From an uncultured Anaeromyxobacter sp. (lineage in GTDB: Bacteria > Myxococcota > Myxococcia > Myxococcales > Anaeromyxobacteraceae): a DNA stretch of 64,000 nucleotides. This document shows, one piece after another, positions 39,381 to 49,149 of the stretch (its first letter is position 1; each line of letters opens with the position of its first letter). Location: positions 2,844 through 66,843 of the forward strand of contig CAIQRS010000238.1 of assembly GCA_903874275.1 (NCBI GenBank). Direction: 5' to 3'. Below the pieces are notes generated by a model. That model was not told the DNA's origin and made no database searches. It was given only the letters and a program-made list of their open reading frames with translations. A program made the translations under genes and the position numbers.

Positions 39381-41658
39381 CCGTCACCTTCACGGTCCCC
39401 GTCACGCTCCCCCCGGAGTTGGTGGCCGTCAGCGTGTAGGTCGTGGTGGCTTCCGGCTTCACGAGAACGTAGGTGCCTGTCTGGGGCCCGACGTCCTGGT
39501 CGATCGAGATCGAGGTGGCGCCCGCGACGTCCCAGAAGAGGGTGGTCGTCCCGCCCGGGGCGATGGTCGGCGGATTGGCGCCGAACCGGATGATCGCCGC
39601 CGGGTAGTGGACGAGGTCCTTCGGAGACTGGATCGTGCCGGTCAGGTCCGCCACGAAGTAGGTGAACAGGCCGCCGCCGATGAGCTTCTCGGTGATCTGC
39701 AAGGTCCGGCCCTCGACGAAGACCGCCCGGTCCGTCCGGAGGAACTCGCCCGATTCCCAGTGGTAGGCGCCGAGTGCATAGAACTGCCCGCGCACCACCG
39801 GGGCGACCTTCCCGCTCGTCCGGACCGCGTGGTACTGGAACCCGAGCACCTCGTACCGCTTGTCCGGGTCCGGGTCGAAGGTGTCCACCACCCTCAGGAA
39901 GCCGGGGACGTATTCGGCGTCCGATTCGTCGTAGAGGAAGACCGGGACCAGGTAGGTGGCGAACTCCCCCGTCCTGTTCAGGGCGATCTGATCCGGGACC
40001 AGGGCGACCGGGAAGTCCCAGATGTGGGGCCACATCTCCCTGGGCGCGAAGTCGATCTTCCACGCGCCGGCTCCGGTGGCGGGCGTGCGGTCGATGACGG
40101 CCTGCATCCCGTCGTAGCAGGGGGCGAGGACGTAGGGAGCGGTGACCTTGGCGCCCGTATAGAGCTTGCAGGGTTCGGTGGGACGATGGGAGGCGAGCGC
40201 GTAATCGAAGTCGCTCGAGATCGTCGCCGCGAAGATCTCGCCCGGGTATTCGCCCATCGTCACCGACGCCTCGAGGTCGGCCTTGTTGGCCGCGTAGAAG
40301 TCGAAGTACTTCCTCACCAGCCCCGCCGGGTCGAGCCCCGTCGCGGTGCGGACGCCGGTGTAGGTGGCCGCGAAGAACGGTTGGCCATCCACCGCCGTGT
40401 TGGTCGTGTAGGTGGTGGCTTCCGGGCCGTCCTCCTTCACGAAGGCCCCCAGGACGGAGGGGAAGTAGACGGTGAGTCCGGTCGCCCCCACGTCGGTCCC
40501 CGATCCGCGCGAGTACACGACGGCGGTGCCGATGGCGGCTTTCAGGGCGGCGCCCTTGCTCGCGAGGTCGGGATCCGGAGCGATGTTCCTCTGGACGTGC
40601 TCGACCACCCGGGTCACGAACCCGTGCATGTCCACCAGATCGGTGGCCATCCCGAAGATCGCGGAGGTGTCCCAATCCAGCGCGCCCAGGCGCGCCAGCG
40701 CGATCTGCTTCCAGCCCGCCACGTTCCCGGCGTAAGGATCCAGGGCCGTCGCGAAGGCGCCGGTCGCGTCGATCAAGCTCTGCGACCGCGACAGATCGAC
40801 GACCGAGAGCGTGACCGGGTAGGTCGTGTCGTGCCTGGTGGACTTGGCCACGTAGGTATCGACGATCTTCCTCCCGATCGCGTCGCCCGTCGCGGTGGGA
40901 TTCTGCGCGACGTACTCGAGGAACGCCTTGTAGTCCCAGCCCGGACCCGGTTCGAGATCCTCGGACGCGACGAGGTACTCGGCACTCGAGGCCAGGCTCG
41001 TGGCGACCTCGGCGGTCCCCATGAGGCAGGTGTCGAATCCGGCGATCGTGAACTTCTGCTTCATGGCGGTGCTCACCGCCGCCAGGGTCTTGCTGATCCC
41101 CGCGACCGGGAGCGGCGTCCTGGTGACCTCGTCCGGACCGACGCCATGGTTCACGCCTCCGCCGTGGTCCCACAGGACCACGATGTACTTCTCGGCCGGA
41201 TAACGATCGAGGCCCCAGCGGAGGAAGTCTCCCAGCGTCGCCGGGCTTCCCATGTCGAGCTTCGTGCCCCGCTGGTCGGGCCCGAGGTCGGCGAGCTGCT
41301 GGAGCGAACCCTGGTGGACGAGGTACCGCTGCACCTGGGTCCAGTTGATGCTCTCTGGTTGCATGGACTCCTTGTCCGCCGGGACCGTGCCCTCGGGCGT
41401 CGCGCCGCCCGTCTGGAGCACGACGTTCATGCTGGCCGTCGAGCCCACCTCCATCATCTCGAGGATGTTCTGGGTCGCGAACTGGGACCTGGTCTCCAGA
41501 TCCGACCCGATGACGTACACGAGCACCGTGGTGTCGGCCTGGGGCGTGGGGCTGCCGCCGCTGCTCTTGCTGCTGCAGCCCGCCATCGAGAAGGTGACGA
41601 GCAGGACGCCGAGGAGGAGCAGGGCGGCGAGGGGACGATCCAGGGGGCGTGCGTGCAT
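39361..41658 (-). CDS. clostripain-like (C11) peptidase lipoprotein with C-terminal Ig-like domain
   Basis: LLVTFSMAGC lipobox. YIVVLWDHGGG ... FTIAGFDTCLMGTAEVA is the His/Cys dyad context of family C11. Confidence 0.85.
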   Translation of the reverse strand: MHARPLDRPLAALLLLGVLLVTFSMAGCSSKSSGGSPTPQADTTVLVYVIGSDLETRSQFATQNILEMMEVGSTASMNVVLQTGGATPEGTVPADKESMQPESINWTQVQRYLVHQGSLQQLADLGPDQRGTKLDMGSPATLGDFLRWGLDRYPAEKYIVVLWDHGGGVNHGVGPDEVTRTPLPVAGISKTLAAVSTAMKQKFTIAGFDTCLMGTAEVATSLASSAEYLVASEDLEPGPGWDYKAFLEYVAQNPTATGDAIGRKIVDTYVAKSTRHDTTYPVTLSVVDLSRSQSLIDATGAFATALDPYAGNVAGWKQIALARLGALDWDTSAIFGMATDLVDMHGFVTRVVEHVQRNIAPDPDLASKGAALKAAIGTAVVYSRGSGTDVGATGLTVYFPSVLGAFVKEDGPEATTYTTNTAVDGQPFFAATYTGVRTATGLDPAGLVRKYFDFYAANKADLEASVTMGEYPGEIFAATISSDFDYALASHRPTEPCKLYTGAKVTAPYVLAPCYDGMQAVIDRTPATGAGAWKIDFAPREMWPHIWDFPVALVPDQIALNRTGEFATYLVPVFLYDESDAEYVPGFLRVVDTFDPDPDKRYEVLGFQYHAVRTSGKVAPVVRGQFYALGAYHWESGEFLRTDRAVFVEGRTLQITEKLIGGGLFTYFVADLTGTIQSPKDLVHYPAAIIRFGANPPTIAPGGTTTLFWDVAGATSISIDQDVGPQTGTYVLVKPEATTTYTLTATNSGGSVTGTVKVTVTPAPP

Positions 41659-41857
41659 GAAGACGACCTCCGATGGGCGCCCCCCAAGCGCGCGTTGACT
41701 TCCGGGTCAAGAATCAAGCACGGAAGGAGCGAGCTGGCGTCGGCCTTTCGGGTCGCCCGCGCTTCGTGGTCCTCCCGGGTCGCTACCCGAATGACGCCCG
41801 GTTCCTCACGGCGACGCCTCCTATCATCGACAGGCAACCGCGCGATCTGGAGAAGCC

Positions 41858-43132
41858 GTGAGAAGAGCCCTCGTCGTCCTCCTGCTCGCAGCCCTGGCGA
41901 GTGGCTGCAGCTCCGCCTCCTCGAGCGTGCAGCCGGGGCCGCCGAGAGCCCTCGATCGTCTGAACTGGTCGGAGAGGAATCATCTCGTCCTGAACCAGGT
42001 GATGGCCGACCACGGACGCGGGGGCAGGTACTGGGACGCGGCGAAGCCCGGCTACGTCGTCCTCGACTGGGACAGCACCACCGCCCAGTTCGACGTCGAG
42101 GAGACGATCGTGCGCTTCCAGGCGACCCACCTCCGGTACAAGCTCACGAAGGACCAGTTCCGGGCGATCCTGCTCGACTCGGTGAACGGCGTGACCCGGC
42201 TGTCGGCGACCCACGGGTCCATCCTGCTCGCGGACATCCACGCCGACCTCGCGAGCGACTACGCCTTCCTGCACGACGCCTACTCGGGCCTCGGAGGCAA
42301 CTCGCCGCTCGAGGTGGTGCTCGAGACGCCCCAGTTCCAGGACTTCTTCGCCAAGCTCGCCTTCCTCTACGACGGGTACGTCGCCACGCCGGGCATCGGC
42401 GCGGACTACGCCTTCCCGTGGGTGACGTACCTCCTCGCCGGCCACTCGACGGCGGAGGTGAAGGTGCTGGCGAGAGAGGCCATCGCCCACGAGCTCGGGC
42501 GCGAGCTCGTGAAGGTGGTCCTCAGGTCCCCGCCTGGCTTCCCGACGAGGGCTGGAGCCGTCGAGTGCTCGTTCAACGGCGGGCTGCGCGTCATCCCCGA
42601 GATGCAGGACCTCATCTCGACGTTCCAGGCCAACGGGATCGACGTGTTCGTCGTCTCCGCCAGCTTCAAGCCCGTGGTGGAGACCTTCGGCGCGCCGGGG
42701 AACTTCGGGTACAGCGTCCCGCCCGAGAACGTCATCGCGATGGAGCTGGCCACCGACGCCAGCGGGATCCTCCTGCCCGAGTACAGGCCCGGATGGGCGA
42801 AGACGTACCGGCAGGGAAAGGTCGAAGCGATCGACCGGGCGATCAAGGTCGGCCTCGGCAAGAACTGGGACCCGCTGTTCGCGGCCGGAGACTCCGATGG
42901 CGACTACGAGATGCTGGCGGGCTTCCCGGGCATGAAGCTTTCGCTGATCTGGAACCGGGTCAAGGGCGGCGACATCGGGAAGCTCAGCAGGCAAGCGGTC
43001 GAGGAGTTCGGCAGCGCAGCGCCGAGGTACATCCTGCAGGGTCGGGACGAGAACGCGGGCGTCTCCCTTCCAGGCCAGGAGTCCATCCTGCTCGGGAAGA
43101 CCGCCCCGCAGTTGCTGGCGCCCGCGCCTTGA
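41858..43132 (+). CDS. HAD-superfamily hydrolase-like lipoprotein
   Basis: LLLAALASGCSS lipobox. VVLDWDSTT (DxD-type motif I context), FVVSASFKPVVE, AAGDSDGDYEML (motif IV). Confidence 0.75.
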   Translation: MRRALVVLLLAALASGCSSASSSVQPGPPRALDRLNWSERNHLVLNQVMADHGRGGRYWDAAKPGYVVLDWDSTTAQFDVEETIVRFQATHLRYKLTKDQFRAILLDSVNGVTRLSATHGSILLADIHADLASDYAFLHDAYSGLGGNSPLEVVLETPQFQDFFAKLAFLYDGYVATPGIGADYAFPWVTYLLAGHSTAEVKVLAREAIAHELGRELVKVVLRSPPGFPTRAGAVECSFNGGLRVIPEMQDLISTFQANGIDVFVVSASFKPVVETFGAPGNFGYSVPPENVIAMELATDASGILLPEYRPGWAKTYRQGKVEAIDRAIKVGLGKNWDPLFAAGDSDGDYEMLAGFPGMKLSLIWNRVKGGDIGKLSRQAVEEFGSAAPRYILQGRDENAGVSLPGQESILLGKTAPQLLAPAP

Positions 43133-43159
43133 CGTCGGTGGCGCTAGTATACGGGTCGA

Positions 43160-45142
43160 ATGGCCTCCGCTCGACTGCTCCGGGGAATCTTGCCCCTCCT
43201 CCTCCTCCTCCTTCCCGCGCTGGCGTCGGCGAGGGACCGGGGCGAGCTCACCATCCTCAGCTACCACGAGATCGCCGACAAGACCGACGCGCTCACGCCC
43301 GCGTACGCGGTCACGCCGACCAACTTCCTCCGCCAGATGGACTGGCTCCGGAACCACGGCTACCGGTTCGTCAGCATCGACGACCTGCTCGCCAGTCGCG
43401 CGGGGAAGAGGCCGCTCCCGGACAAGGCCGTGCTGGTCACCTTCGACGACGCGTACCAGTCGGTCTTCGTCCACGCCTGGCCGGTGCTCGAGATGTTCCG
43501 CATCCCGGCCGTGGTGAGCGTGGTGGGAACCTGGCTGGACGGGAAGGAGTTCGTCGACGTCGACGGGAAGCAGCAGCCGCGGAAGACGATGATCTCCTGG
43601 GAGGCACTGCGGGAGATGAGGCAGAGCGGCCTCGTCGAGGTGGGCAGCCACTCCTGGGACCTGCACCGGGGCATCCTGGCGAACCCGCAGGGCAACGTGG
43701 AGGCCGCGGCCACCAGCCGGCGCTGGCTCCCCGAGCAGAGGCGCTACGAGGACGAGGCCTCCTACCGCCGCCGCATCGAGGCCGACCTCTCGAGGAGCGT
43801 CTCCGAGATCCGGAAGCGCACGGGCAAGAGGCCGCGGGTGATCACCTGGCCCTACGGCCGGTACAACGCCACCAGCGTGGCCATCGCCGAGCGGCTCGGC
43901 TTCCAGGTCGGCCTCACGCTCCTCGACGGGGCCAACGGCCCAGGCACGCCCCTCCTGGCGCTCCGGCGGCTCATCGTCGAGGGTGATCTCACGCTCCCCG
44001 CCTTCGCGAAGGAGCTGGAGGAGCGCGAGGAGGACGTCTCCGACGAGGACCGACCCCAGTCCATCGCCCACGTGGACCTCGACGCGATCTACGACCCCGA
44101 CCCGGCCCAGCAGGAGCGCAACCTGGCGCACCTGCTCGATCGGCTCATCTGGCTGAACGTGAACACCGTCTACCTGCAGGCCTTCGCCGACCCCGATGCG
44201 AACGGGTCCGCGGACGCGGTCTACTTCCCGAGCCGCCGCCTGCCCATGCGGGCCGATCTCTTCAACCGGGTCGCCTGGCAGATCCGCACCCGGACGCAGG
44301 TGCGGCGGCTCTACGCCTGGTTCCCGGCCCTCGCGTTCGAGTTGCCTCCGGGTGACCCCGCCTCCAGGGACGTGGTGACCGCGCTGCCGGTGGCCGAGGG
44401 CGAGACCGCTGGCCGGGTGGACATGGCCTACCGGCGCCTCTCGCCGTTCTCGCCCCGGGCTCGACAGGCCATCCGCGAGATCTACGAGGACCTGGCCCGC
44501 TCGGCCAGCTTCGACGGGCTCCTCTTCCACGACGACCTCACCCTCTCGGACCGCGAGGACGCCAGCCCGCCGGCCCTCGAGACCTACCGGAGCTGGGGCC
44601 TGCCCGGATCGGTGGAGGCGATCCGCCGGAGCGACGACCTCGTGGGGCGGTGGACCATCTTCAAGATCAACGCGCTCGACGACTTCGCGATGGAGCTCGC
44701 GGCCATCGTCCGCCGGGAGCAGCCCGCGCTCGTCACGGCCCGCAACCTCTACGCCCAGGTGGTGCTCCAGCCGCGCGCGGAGGCGTGGTACGCGCAGTCG
44801 CTCGACAACTCGCTGGCCCGGTACGACTTCACGGCCATCATGGCCATGCCGTACATGGAGAATGCACCCGACCCGGCCGCCTTCTACCGGGACCTCGTGG
44901 CCGAGGTGAAGGCGCGGGGGGCGATGAAGAAGGTGGTCTTCGAGTTGCAGGCGGTGGACTGGCGCCAGGACTCGAAGCCCATCCCCAGCGACGAGCTCGC
45001 CGGCACCATCCGAATGCTCTTCGAGCTCGGCGTGCAGCACGTCGGCTACTATCCCGACACCCCCATGAAGAATCACCCCGACCCGGCGGTGATCCGGCGC
45101 GTGCTCTCGCAGAGGCCGGCGCCCCCGCGCGCCGCGCCCTGA
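43160..45142 (+). CDS. pgaB: poly-beta-1,6-N-acetylglucosamine N-deacetylase PgaB-like
   Basis: Signal peptide. CE4 domain LTILSYHEI..VLVTFDDAYQS..SHSWDLH. A long C-terminal GH153-like domain. Sits directly upstream of pgaC and pgaD. Confidence 0.85.
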   Translation: MASARLLRGILPLLLLLLPALASARDRGELTILSYHEIADKTDALTPAYAVTPTNFLRQMDWLRNHGYRFVSIDDLLASRAGKRPLPDKAVLVTFDDAYQSVFVHAWPVLEMFRIPAVVSVVGTWLDGKEFVDVDGKQQPRKTMISWEALREMRQSGLVEVGSHSWDLHRGILANPQGNVEAAATSRRWLPEQRRYEDEASYRRRIEADLSRSVSEIRKRTGKRPRVITWPYGRYNATSVAIAERLGFQVGLTLLDGANGPGTPLLALRRLIVEGDLTLPAFAKELEEREEDVSDEDRPQSIAHVDLDAIYDPDPAQQERNLAHLLDRLIWLNVNTVYLQAFADPDANGSADAVYFPSRRLPMRADLFNRVAWQIRTRTQVRRLYAWFPALAFELPPGDPASRDVVTALPVAEGETAGRVDMAYRRLSPFSPRARQAIREIYEDLARSASFDGLLFHDDLTLSDREDASPPALETYRSWGLPGSVEAIRRSDDLVGRWTIFKINALDDFAMELAAIVRREQPALVTARNLYAQVVLQPRAEAWYAQSLDNSLARYDFTAIMAMPYMENAPDPAAFYRDLVAEVKARGAMKKVVFELQAVDWRQDSKPIPSDELAGTIRMLFELGVQHVGYYPDTPMKNHPDPAVIRRVLSQRPAPPRAAP

Positions 45143-45151
45143 GGCCCACGG

Positions 45152-46414
45152 GTGAACGCGCTCGCCACCGTCGGGAGGGTCCTGCTCTCCTACGTCTTCT
45201 GGTACCCGCTCGTCATGTCGGCGGTCTGGATGGTGGGGGCGGCCCTGTTCTGGTGGCGGCGGGAGCGTGGCCAGTCCTCCTGGGACGCACCGGTCCCGCT
45301 CGCGGATCCGCCTCCGATCTCGGTGCTCATCCCCTGCTTCAACGAGGAGGAGAACGCCGCGGAGACCATCACCCATGCGCTTGCGCTCGACTACCCGGAC
45401 GTGGAGGTCATCGCGATCAACGACGGGAGCCGGGACGGCACCGCCGCGGTGCTGGAGCGGCTCGCCGAGGTCCACCCGCGGCTGCGGGTGATCCACCTCG
45501 CCGAGAACCAGGGCAAGGCGGTGGCGCTCCGGACCGGGGCGCTCCTCGCCCGGCACGAGATCCTGGTCTGCATCGACGGCGACGCGTTGCTCGACCGGCA
45601 CGCAGCCCACTGGCTGGTGCGCCACTTCGTGCAGAAGCCGGGCGTGGCCGCGGTCACCGGCAACCCGCGCATCCGGAACCGCTCGACGATCCTGGGGCGA
45701 GTGCAGGTGGGGGAGTTCTCCTGCATCGTCGGCACAATCAAGCGGGCCCAGAAGACCTTCGGACGCATCTTCACGGTGAGTGGGGTGATCACGGCGTTCC
45801 GCCGCTCCGCCGTGCACCAGGTCGACTACTGGAGCACCGACGTCCTCACCGAGGACATCGACATCACCTGGAAGCTCTACCGGGCCGGGTGGGACGTCCT
45901 CTTCGAGCCCCGGGCGCTCACCTGGATCCTCATGCCCGAGACCCTGCGAGGCCTGTGGAAGCAGCGGCTCCGCTGGGCCACGGGGGGCGCGCAGACGTTG
46001 CTCCGGAACCTGGACGCCTGGGTGAAGCCGTCGCAGCGTCACCTCTGGCCGCTCCTCCTCGAGATGACGGCGAGCGCCGTGTGGGCCTACGCCCTGCTCG
46101 CCCTCTCCCTCCTCTGGCTCCTCGGGTTGGTGCTTCCCGCCGGGATGGTTCCCCCGGTCGGGTCGCCGCTCGTTCCCGCGTCGGGGGGCGTCCTGCTGGG
46201 AACGGCCTGCCTGCTGCAGTTCGTCTTCTCGACCGCGATGGACGCCCGGTACGACCGGGGGCTCGGTCGTGCGCTCTTCTGGATGATCTGGTACCCGGTC
46301 GCCTACTGGGTCATCGGCGCCGCGACCACGATCGCGGCGTATCCTCTTGTTTTTGCAAGGGGAAAAGGTGCGCGCGCCCGGTGGGTCAGCCCGGACCGCG
46401 GGATTCGCCCGTGA
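45152..46414 (+). CDS. pgaC: PNAG synthase glycosyltransferase PgaC
   Basis: GT2 motifs VLIPCFNEE, IAINDGSRD, CIDGDA, TEDIDITWK, QRLRWATGG. Multiple TM segments. Confidence 0.9.
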   Translation: MNALATVGRVLLSYVFWYPLVMSAVWMVGAALFWWRRERGQSSWDAPVPLADPPPISVLIPCFNEEENAAETITHALALDYPDVEVIAINDGSRDGTAAVLERLAEVHPRLRVIHLAENQGKAVALRTGALLARHEILVCIDGDALLDRHAAHWLVRHFVQKPGVAAVTGNPRIRNRSTILGRVQVGEFSCIVGTIKRAQKTFGRIFTVSGVITAFRRSAVHQVDYWSTDVLTEDIDITWKLYRAGWDVLFEPRALTWILMPETLRGLWKQRLRWATGGAQTLLRNLDAWVKPSQRHLWPLLLEMTASAVWAYALLALSLLWLLGLVLPAGMVPPVGSPLVPASGGVLLGTACLLQFVFSTAMDARYDRGLGRALFWMIWYPVAYWVIGAATTIAAYPLVFARGKGARARWVSPDRGIRP

Positions 46415-46519
46415 ATCGAAGGCGCCGCTCGGGCGTCTGACTGGACAGGAGGGCGGCGGTCGGTTACACCGCGCCCTCCCTGGAACCGCACCAGAAATGT
46501 GCGTAGGGACTGGAGAAAC

Positions 46520-46975
46520 ATGAAGTCGACGTTGATCATCGAGGCCAGCGACCGGCTGGCCTGGCACCACCGGTTTGCCTCCACGGCCTCCACGGCCGCC
46601 CTCTGGGGCGGGTGGCTCTGGCTGTGGGCTCCGCTGGTGAAGACCGTGGGCCAGCTCGCCCATCTGGCTCCCCAAGTACCGGTCTGGGGGCTCACGCTCC
46701 TGCCGGCCGGCGGGCCGAGCCTTCCGCTCTCGCTGGCCGCGATCGCGGGGACCTCGGGGACGCTCGTGGCGTGGCGGAAGCTCCCGCGCCGCCGGGCCAA
46801 GCTGGAGTCGGCCCTGCCGGTCTCGGCCTACGCGCGCCGCTTCGACCTGCGGGAGCAGGAGATCGAGGACGCCCGGCGCGCGACGGTCAGCGTGGTGCAC
46901 CACCACCCGGACGGGCGCATCGCGCACATCGAGTGCCGCGCGCCGTCGGTGGATCGGGACCGACCCAGGGTGTAG
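46520..46975 (+). CDS. pgaD: PgaD-like PNAG synthesis accessory membrane protein
   Basis: Two TM helices, then YARRFDLREQEIEDARRATVSVVHHHPDGRIAHI, resembling the PgaD C-terminus. GGAGAAAC precedes ATG 46520 (an alternative GTG lies at 46499). Confidence 0.7.
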   Translation: MKSTLIIEASDRLAWHHRFASTASTAALWGGWLWLWAPLVKTVGQLAHLAPQVPVWGLTLLPAGGPSLPLSLAAIAGTSGTLVAWRKLPRRRAKLESALPVSAYARRFDLREQEIEDARRATVSVVHHHPDGRIAHIECRAPSVDRDRPRV

Positions 46976-47083
46976 GCAACCCGTCGCCAGGGCCCGCTGA
47001 CTGCGCCGGGAACCCTGGGGAACGGGCCGGTTGAGAGCGGCACATGGCTTGCGACCTCGTGGGTCAACCCCGAGGGGCCGCCC

Positions 47084-48412
47084 ATGCGAGATCCCGGATT
47101 CGCGACGACGAAATCGACCGCATTGCTCCTCGCCCTGTCCGTCCTGGTGGGGTGTTCCGGCTCCGGTGGCGGTTCCTCGCCTGCGGTGATCATCCAGAGG
47201 AACGCGGGCTACTACGATGTGGTCCTGGACCACGCCGGCCGGACCCACCGGGAGGTGGGCAGGGCCTACGCCGAGGCAATCCGGGCGACGGTGCCCGACT
47301 ACGAGGCGCGCCTCGATGCCCTGATCTACCTGCAACTCGACATCGTGAACGCCGTCCTCGCGGAGGTTCAGCAGCCGACCCTCACGATCGCCGACCTGGT
47401 GCGCCGCGCGCGGGCCATCGCGGCCAACGTCCCGCAGGACTACGTGGACGAGATCCAGGGGATGCAGGAGATCTACGGCTACGCCACGGACGCGGAGGAC
47501 GGGAGGCTCTCGGCGAACGAGCTGCTCGTGGTCAACCTCTTCCCGGACGTGCTGCGGCCCGGAGGCTGCTCCGCGTCCGCGGCGTTCGGCGAGGCGTCCG
47601 CGACCGGGAAGACCATCCTGGGCCGCAATCTGGACTGGTTCACCGCCACGGCCGAGATCGCGGCGCCCCTGAGCGCGGTCCAAACCTTCAAGAACGGATC
47701 GAAGAGCAGCGTGAACCTGACCATGCTGGGGATGCTCTCCGCGTCGAGCCAGTTCAACGCACGCAAGGTCTTCGGTGGCGTGCTGGACGGGAATCTGGAG
47801 AAGCCCTACCCGGAGGACCTCACCGGCACGCGCTCCTACGTCTTCGACCTGCGCTACGCGATCGAGAACTTCTCGACCATGCAGGAGGTCGCCGACCACA
47901 TGCTGGCCGGAAAGTACGCCTTCAGCCACAACGTCTTCGTCGCGGACCAGAACGTGGCCGGGGTGGTCGAGAACGACGACTCCGCTCTCGGTGGCCGCGG
48001 CCTTCGCCTCGGCGACTCCCCGCTCAACCCGGACATCGGCAGGACCTGGGGGATCCCGGACACGCTGGCGGTCGTGAACGACTTCCGTCTTCCTCTCACC
48101 GACTGGCAGTACGACGTCTCCAACGACTACCGGTGGGCCAGCTTCCAGGGGCTCTACGCCGGCGCCGGCGCCCTCGGCGGAATGAAGGTGGACGTGGGCA
48201 GGATGAAGGGGATCGCCGGCTACTACGGGCTCAACGGGGACGACTGGACGACGGGCGCCCTTTTCCTCTCCACCCCCGAGCACTACTTCACCATGCAGTC
48301 CATCGTCCTCGACACCAGCTCGATGGAGCTGTGGGCCCACTTCGCTCCAGGGTACCCGCCACCGCTCACCCCGACCTACGTCCGCGTTCGCCACGCGCTG
48401 GAGGCCCCGTGA
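47084..48412 (+). CDS. C45-family (acyl-CoA:6-APA acyltransferase-like) Ntn-hydrolase lipoprotein
   Basis: LLALSVLVGCSG lipobox. GGCSASAAFGEASATGKTILGRNLDWF is the nucleophile-Cys context. Confidence 0.8.
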   Translation: MRDPGFATTKSTALLLALSVLVGCSGSGGGSSPAVIIQRNAGYYDVVLDHAGRTHREVGRAYAEAIRATVPDYEARLDALIYLQLDIVNAVLAEVQQPTLTIADLVRRARAIAANVPQDYVDEIQGMQEIYGYATDAEDGRLSANELLVVNLFPDVLRPGGCSASAAFGEASATGKTILGRNLDWFTATAEIAAPLSAVQTFKNGSKSSVNLTMLGMLSASSQFNARKVFGGVLDGNLEKPYPEDLTGTRSYVFDLRYAIENFSTMQEVADHMLAGKYAFSHNVFVADQNVAGVVENDDSALGGRGLRLGDSPLNPDIGRTWGIPDTLAVVNDFRLPLTDWQYDVSNDYRWASFQGLYAGAGALGGMKVDVGRMKGIAGYYGLNGDDWTTGALFLSTPEHYFTMQSIVLDTSSMELWAHFAPGYPPPLTPTYVRVRHALEAP

Positions 48413-49128
48413 ACTCCTCCCTGCACCGCTCGCCAGGGCGCCTGCTTGCCCTCGGCCTCCTCCTGCTCCTCTCGACCGGCTGCGGCTCGGGAGGCGACCC
48501 GGCCGATCCGGACGTCGGCAAGAAGCACCTTCAAGTTTATGCCCACCGCGGGGCGAGGAGCTTCGCTCCCGAGAACACGATCCCGGGCTACGACACCGGC
48601 CTCGCCATCGGCACCCACTGGGTGGACATGGACGTCGTCATGACCCGGGACGGCGAGGTCCTCGTCTCGCACGACATCCGGCTCAACCCCGACATCTGGC
48701 GATGCCTGTACGAGCTGCAGAAGCTCGATGCCCGGGTGAAGACGGCCTACCTCACCGAGTGGGACAACGAGCCCGGCACCCCCAACAGCTTCTTCGACCC
48801 CGATCCCGCCAAGGCCGGCCTATGGACCGGCGGCGTGCTGGTGAAGGACCACGGCAACTCCATCCCGCAGATGGTCAAGGACCTGGGCGGGACCTGCTGG
48901 GAACCGGAGGACGTGGAGCTGACCAAGGAGACGCTGGACGAGGCCCACCGGCTGGGGCTGAAGGTGGTCGTCTGGACCTGGCCCGAGCACAGCGGGACGG
49001 TCTTCGATGAGGCGCTGGTGAGCAAGCTCATCGACTGGGGCGTGGACGGGATCATCACCGACGACCCGGGCCGGCTCATCTCGATGCTGGCGGCCCGCGG
49101 ATACGCGCTGCCGGCGTCCTACCGCTGA
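48409..49128 (+). CDS. glycerophosphodiester phosphodiesterase-family lipoprotein
   Basis: The GTG start overlaps the upstream stop (GTGA). LLLLSTGCGSG lipobox. YAHRGARSFAPENT..WVDMDVVMTRDGEVLVSHD. Confidence 0.85.
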   Translation: MNSSLHRSPGRLLALGLLLLLSTGCGSGGDPADPDVGKKHLQVYAHRGARSFAPENTIPGYDTGLAIGTHWVDMDVVMTRDGEVLVSHDIRLNPDIWRCLYELQKLDARVKTAYLTEWDNEPGTPNSFFDPDPAKAGLWTGGVLVKDHGNSIPQMVKDLGGTCWEPEDVELTKETLDEAHRLGLKVVVWTWPEHSGTVFDEALVSKLIDWGVDGIITDDPGRLISMLAARGYALPASYR

Positions 49129-49149
49129 GGGGACGGGATTACCGCCACC

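Noticed and set aside
38799-41658. A complete gas-vesicle gene cluster.
   Set aside because: Only gvpA is recognisable. The neighbours are a kinase, an unknown 81-aa protein and a C11 peptidase.
41783-48394. A 2203-aa ORF on the minus strand spanning 6.6 kb.
   Set aside because: It is antisense to five well-supported genes (HAD, pgaB, pgaC, pgaD, C45). Its composition is dominated by R/G/P/D/E/H/V and it has no recognisable motif. This is the typical stop-poor shadow frame of a ~70% GC genome.
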